The notes beneath the pieces were generated by a model. It was not told the origin of the DNA, did no database searches, and saw only the letters and a list, made by a program, of their open reading frames with translations. This document shows positions 37,057 through 49,890 of a stretch of 64,000 nucleotides of DNA, piece after piece. The stretch is from Negaprion brevirostris (Eukaryota), in assembly GCA_030324005.1 (NCBI GenBank), contig JARDVH010000137.1, forward strand, positions 27,723,501-27,787,500. The letters are read 5' to 3'. The translations under genes and the position numbers were made by a program. Each line of letters starts with the position of its first letter. The first letter of the stretch is position 1.

Positions 37057-38279
37057 CAATATCTTTTTTGTTATGTTGTGCTAACACAAAACAATTATGG
37101 AATCTGCTGAAAGCATAGTGGAATATTATTCCAGAGGCGTTTTCTAAAGGCAAATGAACATGTGCTGCAGTGTTATAATCAAACAGCTGGGTGGGATTAA
37201 ATTGCACAGCTGTTTCCAGCACAGATGTGAGGAAGTTGCCAAATGGGATTAAATGCATTCCTGCAGGTGTCATCACATGACCTTTGCTCCAGCCATTAGC
37301 CAGCCAACGCATCCATCCTTGTGCCGTCAAAGCTTAAAGGCTCATTTCTCCTTTCGGTGATGCTTGACTGTTAGACAAACAGCCTCCCCCTCCCTCCCCC
37401 ATTTTCAATACTTTTATATCTGGTCAGCAGAAAAAACAGAAATGTGCAAAGAAAGTGATGAAAAAGACAATTTTTTAACATCCCTCTGATTTTTCTTCAG
37501 GTTGCACATTGTGGTGTCCTGGAAATTGATGTTTGATTTCTGGAGACCGCAAGCCGATATACTGGAGAGTTGGCAATCCTAGATGCCAGAGGCTAAGTAG
37601 CCTCCTTCTGTACTATAAGATTGCATGAGTCTAGAACAATCTTTGCAACACCTTTTAAAATTAGCTGTCAGTCTGTGTTTCTCTTAATACTTAAGTGCTG
37701 CCGGCCTGCAGTATCCAGTCTTAGTGGAACCTTTATCCTGTCTTTGGATGACCATAGAAATTAAAATACCATTAACACAATGTTATTGCATCATGTTATA
37801 GTAATATTCTTCTTCCAAAAAGGATTAGGAAAACAACCAAAGCATTGCTGAGCTACTGCCAAGAAACATAACACTCTGCATTGTCAACGATCTCCTTAGA
37901 CTACGAGACAGGCACTGATGTGCGGTTCCTCAGATTGATTGCTTTATGATCAGTTAAAGTGATACGTTTATGGTGATAAATGAATCTCCCAAAACAAAAA
38001 TTTATTACTTTCAAGTACTAAATCCGCAGTTTGAACTGTCGGTTATCCTCAGAGTTGAAAACAATTAAGGAGAAATAGGTGTTAATAGGTCATTTGGTGA
38101 GATGGTGAGATTGTTCATTTGAATCACAGAAACTGGCCTTTCAGTCCATTGGTTTACACTGGTATTTTGTTTTCTAGCTAACCTCATTTTCCTGATTGCT
38201 CCCCATATCTTTTAATGTTCTACCATAAGACGCAGGAACATATATAGGTCGTTTGGTCCATTCAGTCGGCTCCGACATT

Positions 38280-38500
38280 CACAGAATCAGAATCACAGAA
38301 TACCACAGTGCAGAAGAGGTCCTTTGGCCCATTGAGTCTGCACCAGTGCATGAAATGCCCTGACCTGCCCACCTAATCCCACTTGCTAGCACTTGGCCCA
38401 TAGTGTTGAATATTATAGTGTGCCAAGTACTTACCCAGGTACTTCTCAAAGGACGTGTGGCATCCCACCTCCACCACCCTCCCAAGCAGCGCATGTCACC
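38280..38500 (-). mobile_element. CR1 LINE 3' end
   Basis: Tail CAGACTCAATGGGCCAAAGGACCTCTTCTGCACTG with an ATTCTG-repeat end. Confidence 0.75.
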
Positions 38501-41500
38501 CTCTGATTAAATATTGTTTTACACAAATCAATGGGACTATGATGGATCTGATGTGATAATTCTCAGCTCCCGCCATAAGCCTTGACTCTTTGCTAATTAA
38601 AAATTTGTCTATCTCAGCATAATTAACTACCCAGCCTCAACAGCTGGGTAAAGAGGGGAATCTGAGAATAGGGAAAAGGGGAAAATTTGGGCTCGGGGAG
38701 AACTTTGATATCACCAGTAAATACTGGTAGCTCCCTGAAATCACAGAGGTAACAATGACAGGGAAGCCGGTAAGACTCTCTCCATAAACAAGAGTAATAA
38801 CTTGCTGCTAGCACGCAAACATGACAGGACATGATTTATAAAGACAACATGCATTTGAGGAAAGCGATCTCTAGCACATGAAATAAAATCAAGTTGAGGA
38901 TGGCTAATCTTGCCAATTTTAATGAAGTCTGCAGCCATAGCATCCATACCACAACCTCTGCCCTCCAAATTTAGTTCTGTTCTAGTGAATGGGTCAGAGT
39001 TTTGCAGAACCGTGTTGATTCCGGAGGCCTTTGAAAATAATGGATAGGACCCAGATGCAGAAAACCTGACCCCATTGATGGTATATTCCATTATTGATGG
39101 ACAAGGAAGGAAACATAAATTGAGCAGGGCCATTTGAAATTAGTGCTAAGTTCAAATAGATATCATTTTCCACTGCCCCATTGGCCTGAAACTGTAGTGT
39201 GGGAGTCTCAAATTTGTGGGGGAGATGCAAATGCTTATTAAAGGCAAATAAGATCTACTTAAGTGTCATGATTAGAAGTTATTTTCATTCCCAACCCTTT
39301 AAAAATAAAAAAAGGCTAAATCTGTCAGTAAATGTAAAAAAAAACCTCACATTTGTGGAGTGCATTGATTCACAGGCCATCTGGTGCAGCTTTTAAAATA
39401 ATTAGCCATCTCTTCCTGCAGTTCCAATAGACTTCCCGTGAATATTTTCCAAGGCTTCTTATTATATCTGAGCCCATTGTGAATGCTTGGCTGAATTTCA
39501 AAAACTCCCAACCCATTTATCTCAATGTGGTAGGATTTTACATTTTGATTGACAGAATTAAAAGGCGATTAAAGCATTAGCTGTCTTTGATGTGGTCACT
39601 GAATTAAAATATGTTTTAAAACAGATTGAGCACTGGAGGACAATCAATAATCTTTGAAGAGGTTGCATGAGTTTGAGTTTTTTCAGAATCAAGTGAGAGT
39701 GAGAACTCTCATTGATTGTTAGAGTTTATTCTTTTTTCAACTTAACATGAGTGCTGAGGTCTAAATGCTGAGGTCCTAAACATTGGGTGAGTAACTGTGG
39801 ACAAGACATGCAGGATATAAGGGGGTATGAGAGGAAATAGAGGAAGGGTGAAAGGCTATGGTGGAAACAGTCTTTTATAAAAATGAATCAAAGCCTCAGA
39901 GAACAGAGGCAGGCCTTCTCATCAGCCTGCCTCCTCCAGGGTGAGGACGTCAGATTCACCCTCATACTTGCAGGGGTTATTTCTAATGAGATGGATCTGT
40001 CGATCAGGGAGATTTCCTAACTTTAGTTTCCTGGCTTGATGGAGAACACCCAGCTTAATCCATGAGATCTTTCACACTGAAACTCCCACGATCATTATAC
40101 TGAAGGTTATAATTGGCTAAGGATTTTAAAGTCATGCCTAACATTTGAAATCAACACCAATCTTTATAGTCTTCTTGCCGCAAAGTTGCTTGGTATGGTA
40201 TACAGGTGGAAAATGAAGTTACTTGGCTGCTACCAAAACAATGTGCATTCCCTTGCAGGATTCAGTTCCTGTGATCCAGGGCCACTTGCACTTAATGGAA
40301 AGCAGCTTGCACTTGTAATCTAAATGATACGGTTGTTGCTCTCTCCTGGATAGGCAATATTGGCAATGTAAAGGCTTAAAATCTACACAAACAAAAATAT
40401 TAGTTGAATTATGGACATCAAAAATGAATAAAAGTTTGATTACTTAACAACGCGGTAAACATTTAAGTCAGATGACCTGCTTTGGCCCAACAGTCAGAAT
40501 ATTAAAACATGAAATCTGGAAGCTGACACATTAGAATGTTAATTCTATTCTATTCTGAGCTACACGCACTAGAATGAATTCGCCAACGAAAAGCTTAAGC
40601 TACATAGTGCAGTGACAATGCTTATCAGCCTGTACTTGTCACACTTTTTACATTAGGTGCAACCAATATTTTTTGCGACAGTAAAAAGTTCAAGTCAGTA
40701 AGCAGTATAGCCTGTGCACCCTGGCAGCATCACAGAGCAGGTTGACTGATGACGCTTTCTGGATTTTTTTGACACTGCCTGTTGGAGAAAATATAAAGAC
40801 AAATGCAAGGCTTTTAAGTGGTTTCTGAAAAAAGAGGTTGGTGCCTTTAGCAAGTGGCATCAATTCAACCCGATTCTGGAATGGCCTGGCCTCCAAGCAG
40901 TTATCCAATATTCTATTACGCATCAGAATATTTCTAATGATCCACATATTTCAGGAGTAAACACACACAAAATTAAAATATTTAAGTCACGTCATTTCTG
41001 CTGCTGGTTCCAACCCTTATTACCTTGTTCATATCAGTCCAAACACTTCCCTGCCAGACTATTCTACTCAGGTTATTTTATTGAACACAATTATTTTTGA
41101 ATTCTGAAATTAGATTACATAATTCATTGCAAGTACTTCTTACTGCATGTCCTTACAGCCCTGCAAAACCATGGGAATGGATTATTGTCACCAGATAATT
41201 CTGGTCCAAATTGCAAATCCAGCCCATTATTGCTAATTATAAAATCCAAAACATTTATTGTTTTTTTGATGGGTTTACAAACATTAAGAAAAAACACAAC
41301 TGGCACCTCCCTCAATGCCATAAGTGAAAGAGCCATCTTTTAAATCAAACAGCTCATTGTTCTTCTCATACTTTGTTCCACTCTGTTGCCCCATTGGAAA
41401 TGATGTCAGCATTTTAATGAGATGTCTAAATTACATTAATTGGCAATGGCAGAGGGATAGAAGCAGCAATGTTCAATCACAGATCACAATCACAGCATCT

Positions 41501-42267
41501 CTTTGCTGCTGACGTAATTGGAGAACAGTCTCGAGTTTTCCTGCACGTTATAATGAGGACTCTTCACAAATTTTTTTTGGCCTGTCCCTCATCATCATTA
41601 GATTGTCCTCAAAGTGCTGCTCTTTGAAGACAGATATAGCTCATTCAAGGTAGAATCTCATAATAGGTTAACATGAATACATGAGCCAGCAAGTAAACCC
41701 CTGAAAAAGCTTGCCAAATAGATTAATTTGGAAATGTCAATTGTATTGAATTCTCTGCCGTGTAAACAATGCATCTCTATTCACTGATCCCTCAAGTGGC
41801 AATGCAGAGCTTGCATGCGGATAGTTCCATGCCATTTTCGTATCAATTTATTGGAAAACACTAGAAAACAGTTACTGACATGACATTTATAGTGATGATG
41901 AGAAATAAATGGGTGTGCATTCAACATTGATCTTAACAATCCAGCATTTGCCTGCACATAGTTAAAGCCAAGAGCTGAAACAGAGTCAGCGGCCTGTATT
42001 TTCCTTGTCCAACTTGAAGCACGGCAAAGTGAAACTACTGTCTGCTCACATTAGCTGCTTGGCAATTGATAACACCTCTCTGGCACGGGGATCTTAATTT
42101 TAAATGCATTTTGAATTTAAAGCACAATTCCAGCTTGATTGGTAATGTGATGGTAGGGTGAACGAAAATGCAGTTTTGTTTCAGGAGTTGAAAGGTTGCT
42201 GCCTTTACAAATGCAGAAGTAAAGAAAACTGACTGGTAGAAAATGAGATGGAAAACCCAAGAAGGGC

Positions 42268-42900
42268 TGTTATAGCGCGAGGTACCATGATGAGGAAGTC
42301 TTGAACTACAATGGCGATTTATTCAAGAAAAGTTCAAACTATATACAAACAAGCTCAGTATAGATGCAGATCTATTGCCCCTGACTTCCGGCCTCAAATT
42401 CAAGGTTTCCTCCTACCAAGGCTCGCACCCTGACACCCAATAGGCAACGGTTCACATGCTTCGTCTTGATAGGTCCCAGGAATGTCATGTGAGCCATGAA
42501 CACCCGCCCCTTAAAGGGGCCATGCTACCATATTCCTCCCCTCTTCGGTTCCTGTACAATAATACAAACAAAAACTCTTATATACATAAATATAATCAAA
42601 ATAGAGTTGACAAAGAGGGGCCATTTGGCAAACTTCATAAAGTCAGTCTCAGTGGGGACTTCCGGACATTTGGGGAGCAGCACAACACTGCAGGGTTCCC
42701 CAAGCTGTGGGGGGAGGGTGGTATCAGAGTCTACAATAATGGGAGGTGGGTTGACAGATTTTGATGTTGAACTAGAACCAGCGCCCTCATCCTCTCCTTA
42801 AGCTGACGGTCAAGATGGTTCCTTGGGGAAAACTAGGTTCTGCAAGATGCTGACTCAGCTGCTGACACACTGAGGTGGATATTCCCACTGCGCTCACACC
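42268..42900 (-). mobile_element. Gypsy 3' remnant: integrase tail, PPT and LTR
   Basis: LTR 42268-42530 (TGGTAGCATG...TATAACA, with AATAAA), preceded by PPT AAGAGGGGAGGAATA and an ORF end VRKSPLRLTL*. Confidence 0.78.
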
Positions 42901-43316
42901 AAAACTGGAAAATTCTGCCCGAGGTCAACAGACCTTTGCAGGGTCCGCCTCCTACCTCCCTTCCGCCCCCAACCCCNNNNNNNNNNNNNNNNNNNNNNNN
43001 NNNNNNNNNNNNNNNNNNNNNNNNNNNNNNNNNNNNNNNNNNNNNNNNNNNNNNNNNNNNNNNNNNNNNNNNNNNNGAGGTCATCAGATTTACCACTCAT
43101 CAGTCTTTGTGAATTACACTTGTCATAGAAAACCACCAGCATGAAGTCAGCTATGTTTTGAAAAGGTTTGGAAGTCTTTCTATCGCAGGCACTGCAGCAA
43201 TCAGACTAACTGCTAAAATTACTTAACTATAGGAATTAATGTCTTGCAAAAATTTAAAATTCACCAGCAAAACTATTTTATATGTTAAGCATAGCATTTG
43301 GATAAAATGTATTCTG

Positions 43317-44185
43317 TGGGGGTGATCTTGACCCCACATTTACTGTCCGTGTAAATGCCGATGGTGGCTCAAGGTCCCGAAATCGCTGTCCTCTTTGGCG
43401 AGAATGTGATTTTGGATCTCCCCTGCCCATCGCTGGTGATGCCAAGTTTGCCCTCATAATGGGTGTGAATTGATGGGACAGGCATTAGCATACATTTTAA
43501 TATCATTAAACACCTCCCACCCAACCCCACTGTATCTTGTCCCCTCGCCATAGCTTCAAACCGTAACGTCACATTGAAGCGGTTTATAGCAGGTTCACAT
43601 CAATGTGAATCTGTCTTGAGGGTCTCCCTGGAGTGTAAAGGTAAGTATAGCGCTGGCGGTATGGGACATGGCCTGGCAGTACACTGGCAACGCCCCTTGG
43701 CACAGGTTGACACTGCCAAGTTGGCACCACGCCATCTCACAGTGACAACCTGGCAGTGTCAACCTGCATCAAAGGGCAGGTCCCAGTGGGAGCCTCAAGG
43801 GGCAGGCGGGGGTGGGGAGGGGATTCATACAGATGTGGTTGTGGACCAGGAATGGATAGACAAGCATGAGATGTTGGCGATGGTCATTTTGAGAGGGATG
43901 AAGGGGCCGATGATTGCATGGATGGGGNNNNNNNNNNNNNNNNNNNNNNNNNNNNNNNNNNNNNNNNNNNNNNNNNNNNNNNNNNNNNNNNNNNNNNNNN
44001 NNNNNNNNNNNNNNNNNNNNNNNNNNNNNNNNNNNNNNNNNNNNNNNNNNNNNNNNNNNNNNNNNNNNNNNNNNNNNTGGCAGCGTCGGTAGATCTGGAG
44101 AGAAAACCAATCGGTTTCTCTAGAGAGAAATATGTCGTTTTTCTTGTCAGAAACAACAACTCTGCCAGTTTTGGTGAGATTTAGC
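43317..44185. mobile_element. GC-rich Harbinger-like MITE
   Basis: Imperfect TIRs GGGGTGATCTTGACC / GGTGAGATTTAGCCC; body resembles 10814-11832. Confidence 0.6.
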
Positions 44186-44747
44186 CCTGTGTGTTGTTAA
44201 TCTACAATAATGGTGCCATCTTGATATGTCTCCCGTTTCAATGAAACTGCTGAGTTTGTTGACCATTTCAGAAATCCTCCTATTTTGCATTAGTGTTCCC
44301 GAGTGCTGGCTTATCTTTTATGCAAATCTTTGACATCTGCTTTTGTTAAACACGCTTAGGGATTACTGGCACTCAGTTAGATAATGATTTTCTTTCATTC
44401 AGATTTCCTTGATTCCTCATTCAGGAGATTCTGAATTGGATGTTGCATTTCTTGATGTTCTTTTATTTTCAATCTCTTTTTGGCTGAAATTACTGATTAA
44501 ACTTGATGAGGGAAGCTGCTGTGGTGAACGTTCCAAATTGAAATGTGGATCAAATTATTTCTTTGATTACATTCTTTCCTTCCCAACATCTTTTTTGCTC
44601 AGCGGCTCCTCTTCCTTGGCCCCACAGTGAATTTCAAACAGAATAAGAACCTTAACTTTGGGATCTCTTCTGGTCCTGATCAGGTTCTGTGCTGCTTGAA
44701 GTAGGATGGAATCTCATTAAGATTAAGATAAAATACAGCTGACACTG

Positions 44748-44985
44748 CAACAAAAACAGAAAATGCTGGAATATCTCAGCAGGTCTGACAGTGTCCGTGG
44801 AGAGAGAATAGAGCCAAGATTTCGAATCAAGTTGACCCTTTGTCAGAGCTGAAGGCAATGAAAATCAGACAAGATTTATACCAGTGAGGATGCGAGGCAG
44901 GGGGGATTGTAATTGATGGGAACAGTATGGACAAAAAGACAAAGGGAAGGTAAATGGTGATGGTAAAGGCTGAGAATGGTGCTAA
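44748..44985 (-). mobile_element. Penelope pLTR with degenerate hammerhead ribozyme
   Basis: Minus strand AGCT-CTGACAA-AGGGTCAACTTGATTC-GAAA-TCTT-GGCT, then GACCTGCTGAG..TTCCAGCATTTTCTGTTTTTG. Confidence 0.7.
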
Positions 44986-45099
44986 GAGCATCCATCGGGA
45001 CCCAATGAGGTCATTGTGATGACACGCATATATTAAAGGCTGTGGGGCGGGTGTCCTTGCAAGTCAACTCCCTATGACATACCTGAGACCCACCTGCTT

Positions 45100-45270
45100 T
45101 CATAGAATCCTACATTGCAAAAGGAGGCCATTTGGCCCATCGAGTCTGTACTGACCACAAATCCCACCTAGGCCCGATCCCCATAACTCCATGCATTTCC
45201 TCCAGCTAGACCCCTCGATAATAAATGGTAATTTAGCATGGCCAATCCACCTAACCTGCACATCTTTGGA
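45100..45270 (-). mobile_element. HE1-type V-SINE, 3' half
   Basis: GATGTGCAGGTTAGGTGGATTGGCCATGCTAAATT ... CAGACTCGATGGGCCAAATGGCC. Confidence 0.8.
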
Positions 45271-45902
45271 ACGTCTTTGAATTCCATCAGAATTAAAATT
45301 ACTTCGACCTCACACCAAGCCAGGAAAATCTAAGTCCAGCCTAATAAGGTGGATGTGTGGTGGGAACATTTCTGATCCTTGTTATCCTGCACATCAACAC
45401 CCCCTGACTATTCTGATAGGTTCTTTGAACTTTTCAAAGTGGGAGTCTCAAACCTATTTTGGGACGAGGAATGGTAACCACGATTTTGTGTTAATTCAAA
45501 TGCTCACCTTTACAATGTACTTGTCACATTGATGGGACAAACACGATACGAGTACTATCTGTAGTTAATACTTGATATCATGCCTACAGTAAGATAATGC
45601 AAATCAAGCAGACCTGTTAGCATGACTGCACAATGTAATTATAAGCATGGGATCCAGCTCTCAGAGTGATTGAAATTCTTATTTTTAAGAGAAATCAATA
45701 AGCTGACAGTATACCTGAATTCTGACAACTAATTAGCCCCTATTAAAATGCAACATAGAAAAATTCAGAAATCCTAAAATGAAAATGTATTCGTGAAGTA
45801 AAGTTGCTCATTTCTATTGTTTCTGATTTATGGCTGAAATCATAGTTTGCGCTAATGCAGGATGTAACAAGCAGGGTATCTGGATTTCCAAAGGGCATTC
45901 GA

Positions 45903-46218
45903 TAAGAACATAAGAAATAGGAGCAGGAGCAGGCCATCTAGCCCTTTGAGCCTGCCCTGCCATTCAATAAGATCATGGCTGATCTGTCGTGGCTCAGTTC
46001 CACACTCNNNNNNNNNNNNNNNNNNNNNNNNNNNNNNNNNNNNNNNNNNNNNNNNNNNNNNNNNNNNNNNNNNNNNNNNNNNNNNNNNNNNNNNNNNNNN
46101 NNNNNNNTCATCTATATAAATGGTAAATAGCTGAGGCCCCAGCACCAACCCCTGGGGCACTCCACTAGTCACCAACCGCCAATCCAAATAGCACCTATTG
46201 ACCCCCACTCTCTGCCTC
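45903..46218 (-). mobile_element. CR1 LINE RT and 3' end (gap inside)
   Basis: RQRVGVN...VTSGVPQGLVLGPQLFTIYID; tail ATGGCCTGCTCCTGCTCCTATTTCTTATG. Confidence 0.85.
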
Positions 46219-46312
46219 AAAAGTTGCCACAGGAAAGGTTAGTGCCTAAGAAAAGAGCTTGTGGGGATAATATGTTAGCATGGACCGAGGATTGGCTAAC
46301 TAGCAGAATGCA

Positions 46313-46628
46313 ATAGAATCCCTATCATGCAAGAGACTATTCGGCACGTCGAGTCTGCATCGACAACAATCCCACTCAGGCCCGATCCCCATAAACCCAT
46401 GAATTTACCCTGCTAATCCCCCTAACACCAAAGGGGCAATTTAGGTCAATGCACCTAACCTGCACATCTTTGGACTGTGGGAGGAAACCGGAGCACCTGG
46501 AGGAAACCCATGCAGACACAGGTAGGATGTGCAAACTCCGCACAGACAGCCACCCAAGGCTGAAATCGAACCCAGATCCCTGGCGCTGTGAGGCAGCAGT
46601 GCTAACCACTGTGCCACCATGCTGTCCC
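46313..46628 (-). mobile_element. HE1-type V-SINE
   Basis: Head GGTGGCACAGTGGTTAGCACTGCTGCCTCACAGCGCCAGGG, B box and V domain. Confidence 0.9.
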
Positions 46629-47195
46629 AAGAGTTGGGATAAATTGTTGGCAGTCTGTACCAAGTGGTGTGTTACAGGAATCGGTGCGAGTGCCAAACTA
46701 CTGTCAAAAAAAAAAGTGATGACATGAAAATATCAGGGAAATTATATCAAGTTGATTTTTTTTTTAATTTTTAAAATATTGGAAAATGTAAGCTGCTTAA
46801 GGCAGAGACAGTTTGGTTATGCCATTGGAACTGGTGCTTTTGATATTTTGATGACTATAACAACACTGCAAACAAATGTTTACCTAAAACAAGCTGGTAT
46901 CAATAGGGAACAGAACAGAAAGTGTTTTGAATAAGGGACTAGAAGTTCAAAGGAGGAGATAAGGTATGAACTTTGCATTTGTACTCTAAAATGTTGATTC
47001 ACATTCGGGAGGTAATTAGGTTTGACTTCAGAAGAGATCAGATCAGATAAGGGAAGATCAAAGGCAAAACTGTATATCAGGAGATTATTAAACATATGCA
47101 CATGTAGCTGTCTCAGACTCCAGCCACATCAAGATTAGCTGTAAAACTCCCAGCAATCCATGTTATTGAAGAAAGCCTGTCTTGAGAATCCAGCT

Positions 47196-47335
47196 AAAAA
47201 AAAGCAAAATACTGTAGATGCTAGAATCTGAAAGAAAAACAGAAAATGCTGGAAAATTGCAGCAAGTCTGACAGCATTTGTGGGGAGAGAATAGAGCCAA
47301 AGTTTCAAGTCTAGGTGACCCTTCGTCAGACCCAT
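47196..47335 (-). mobile_element. Penelope pLTR with hammerhead ribozyme remnant
   Basis: Minus strand CTGACGA-A-GGGTC-ACCTA-GACTT-GAAA-CTTT-GGCT. Confidence 0.72.
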
Positions 47336-47895
47336 TCACCATTATGAAGTACTTCAAAAGGTTAGTCATGACACAAATCAATTCCAGCCACCCAGATTGC
47401 CCGGATCCACTATTGTTTGCCTACTGCCACATCAGGTCCATAGCAGACACTCAACCCTGGAACACCTAGATAACAAAGACACCAATGTCAGACTCCTATT
47501 TATCAACTACAACTCAGCCTTCAACACCATTATTCCCACAAAACTCAACTCCAAACTCCATGACCTGGGGCTCAGCTCCTCCCTCTGCAACAGGGACCTG
47601 AACTTCCTCATCCACAGACCACAATTGGTAAGGATAGGCAACAACACCTCTTCCATGATCATCCTCAACACTGGTGCCCACAAAGGCTGTGACCTCAGCC
47701 CCTTAATATACTCCTTATGCACCTATGACTGTATGGCCAAAGTCCCCTCCAATTCAATTTTCAAGTTTGCTGATGATACCACCGTCGTGGGTCAGATTTC
47801 AAACAATGACGAGACAAAGTACAGGAAAGAGATAGAAAATCTGTTGAACTGATGCACGGCAATAATCTCTCCTCAACGTCAACAAAATGAAGGAC
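47336..47895 (+). mobile_element. Rex1/Babar LINE RT fragment
   Basis: [72 protein letters not shown]. Confidence 0.9.
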
Positions 47896-48320
47896 GTAAA
47901 TCGGGAGATTGGGATTGCCAGGGGAATGAGGGTGGTTTGAGGCAATTGAAGCGGGTCGATGGGGACGGAGTGGGAGAGGTCAGAGCTGGCCCGGAAAGCT
48001 CCGGGAAGGCAGCGATCAGGGCTGGAATGGTCAGTAGACCAGCAATGGGGGTGTTGCTGTGCGGGCCAGCAATCAGGAGGCCAGCAGTATGGGACTATTG
48101 TGCATGCACCGATCTCCGCTATGACAGATTGGCGCATGCACAGTGTCCTACTCATTATTACGCTGCTGGCCTCTCCTCACCATGAATTTCGTTAGGGCAC
48201 TCTGCTGTGCTCAGAGTGTCAGAGATTCGTTTAAAAAATTCCAATAAAAAAGCAGCAGGAGTTACTCCAGTTTTTAAATGAATTTGGCAAATGGAATTTT
48301 TTTGGGAGAATCCTGGCCCA
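47895..48320. mobile_element. GC-rich MITE, right half
   Basis: Ends TTTGGGAGAATCCTGGCCC, like the TIR at 11832. Confidence 0.6.
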
Positions 48321-48384
48321 AATAATTTAAATGGAAAGTAACCACAGAACACTGCAATTTAGGGGGATTTAGGTGTCCTTGTAC

Positions 48385-49890
48385 TTGAGTTCCAGATACT
48401 GAAGCAATCTTACGTGCCATCTACAAGATGTACTGCAAGAACTCATCAAGATTCCTTAGGCTGCATCTTCCAAAGCCGTGACCACGACCATCTAGAAGGA
48501 CAAGAGTAGCTGATAACATATGCATGACACAAGTGCCAGGCAATGACCATCTCCAGCAAGAGAGGATCTAACCATCACTCTTTAATATTCAATGGCATTA
48601 CCATCACTGAATTCCCCCATTATCAACTTCCTATGGCTGTAGTTGACCAGAAACTGAACTGGGCAAGTCATATAAATATCATGGCTACCAGAGCAGGTCA
48701 AAAGCTAGGAATCCTGCAGTGAGTAACTCACCTCCTGATCCTACAAAGCCTGTCCACCATCTATGAGACATAAGTCAGAAGTGTAATGGAATACTCTCCA
48801 CCTGCCTCAATGAAGGCGTCTCCAACAATAGTCAAGAAGCTCGACACCATCAAAACAAAACAGATTGCTTAATTGCTACCGCTCCAACAAACATTCAATC
48901 CCTCCACCACCAACGAATAACAGCAGTGTGTAAGGGACTATACTCATTGGAATTTAAAAGAATGAGGAGGGAACTTATAGAAACATGTAAAATTATGAAG
49001 GGAATGGATAAGATTAGAAACAGGGAGGTTGTTTTCACTAGTGGGTGATACTAGATCTAGGGGGCACAGCCTCAAAATAAGGGGAGGCAGATTTAGGACT
49101 GAGTTGAGGAGGAACTTCTTCACACAAAGGATTGTGAACCTATGGAATTCTCTGCCCAGTGAAGCAGTTGAGGCTACCTCACTGAATGCTTTTAAAGCAA
49201 AAATAGACAGATTTCTGAACAGTAAGGGAAATAAGGGTTACGGTCAGCAGGCAGGTAAGTGGAGCTGAGTCCTCAAAAAGATCAGCCATGATCTTCTTGA
49301 ATGGTGCTGCAGGCTCGAGGGGCCAGATGGCTTTCTCCTGCTCCTATTTTTTTATGTTCTTCTGTGCCAACTACAGGANNNNNNNNNNNNNNNNNNNNNN
49401 NNNNNNNNNNNNNNNNNNNNNNNNNNNNNNNNNNNNNNNNNNNNNNNNNNNNNNNNNNNNNNNNNNNNNNNNNNNNNNAGTGGAGCTGAGTCCTCAAAAA
49501 GATCAGCCATGATCTTCTTGAATGGTGCTGCAGGCTCGAGGGGCCAGTTGGCTTTCTCCTGCTCCTATTTTTTTATGTTCTTCTGTGCCAACTACAGGAT
49601 GCGCTGCAAGAACTCATCAGGGTTCCTTAGGCTGCACCTTCCAAATACATGGCCACTCCCATCTAGAACGGCAAGAGCAGCTGATACCTGTTAACACTAC
49701 CACCTAAAGGATCCCCTCCAAGTCNNNNNNNNNNCATTGTCATTAAGTCAAAATCCTGGAACTTCCTAACAGCATTGTGGATGTATCTACACCTCAGGCA
49801 CTGCAGTGATTTAAGAAGATAACTCACCATCACCTAAGGCAACTAGGGGTGAGCAATAAATTCTGGCCTAGCCAACGACACCCACATAAA
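48385..49890 (+). mobile_element. Rearranged CR1/L2-clade LINE pieces with a nested CR1 3' end (48934-49370)
   Basis: KCQAMTISSK, RAGQKLGIL, LSTIYET*VRSVMEYSP and tail GGCAACTAGGGGTGAGCAATAAATTCTGGCC; nested CR1 RGHSLKIRGGRFRTELRRNFFTQRIVNLWNSLP. Confidence 0.8.

Noticed and set aside
37499-37582. Possible hAT-type mini-element with GGTTGC-like ends
   Set aside because: Inverted repeats are too degenerate and there is no TSD.
40690-40810. Strong minus-strand splice acceptor near 40779
   Set aside because: No convincing donor, and all frames close within about 30 codons.
46560-46628. tRNA-like A/B box sequences (here and in other SINE heads)
   Set aside because: They are SINE heads joined to V domains or SINE cores, not free tRNA genes.
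49258-49599. 121-bp direct repeat on both sides of a 100-N gap
   Set aside because: Identical except for one base and flanking a fixed-size gap; most likely an uncollapsed contig overlap or two haplotypes.
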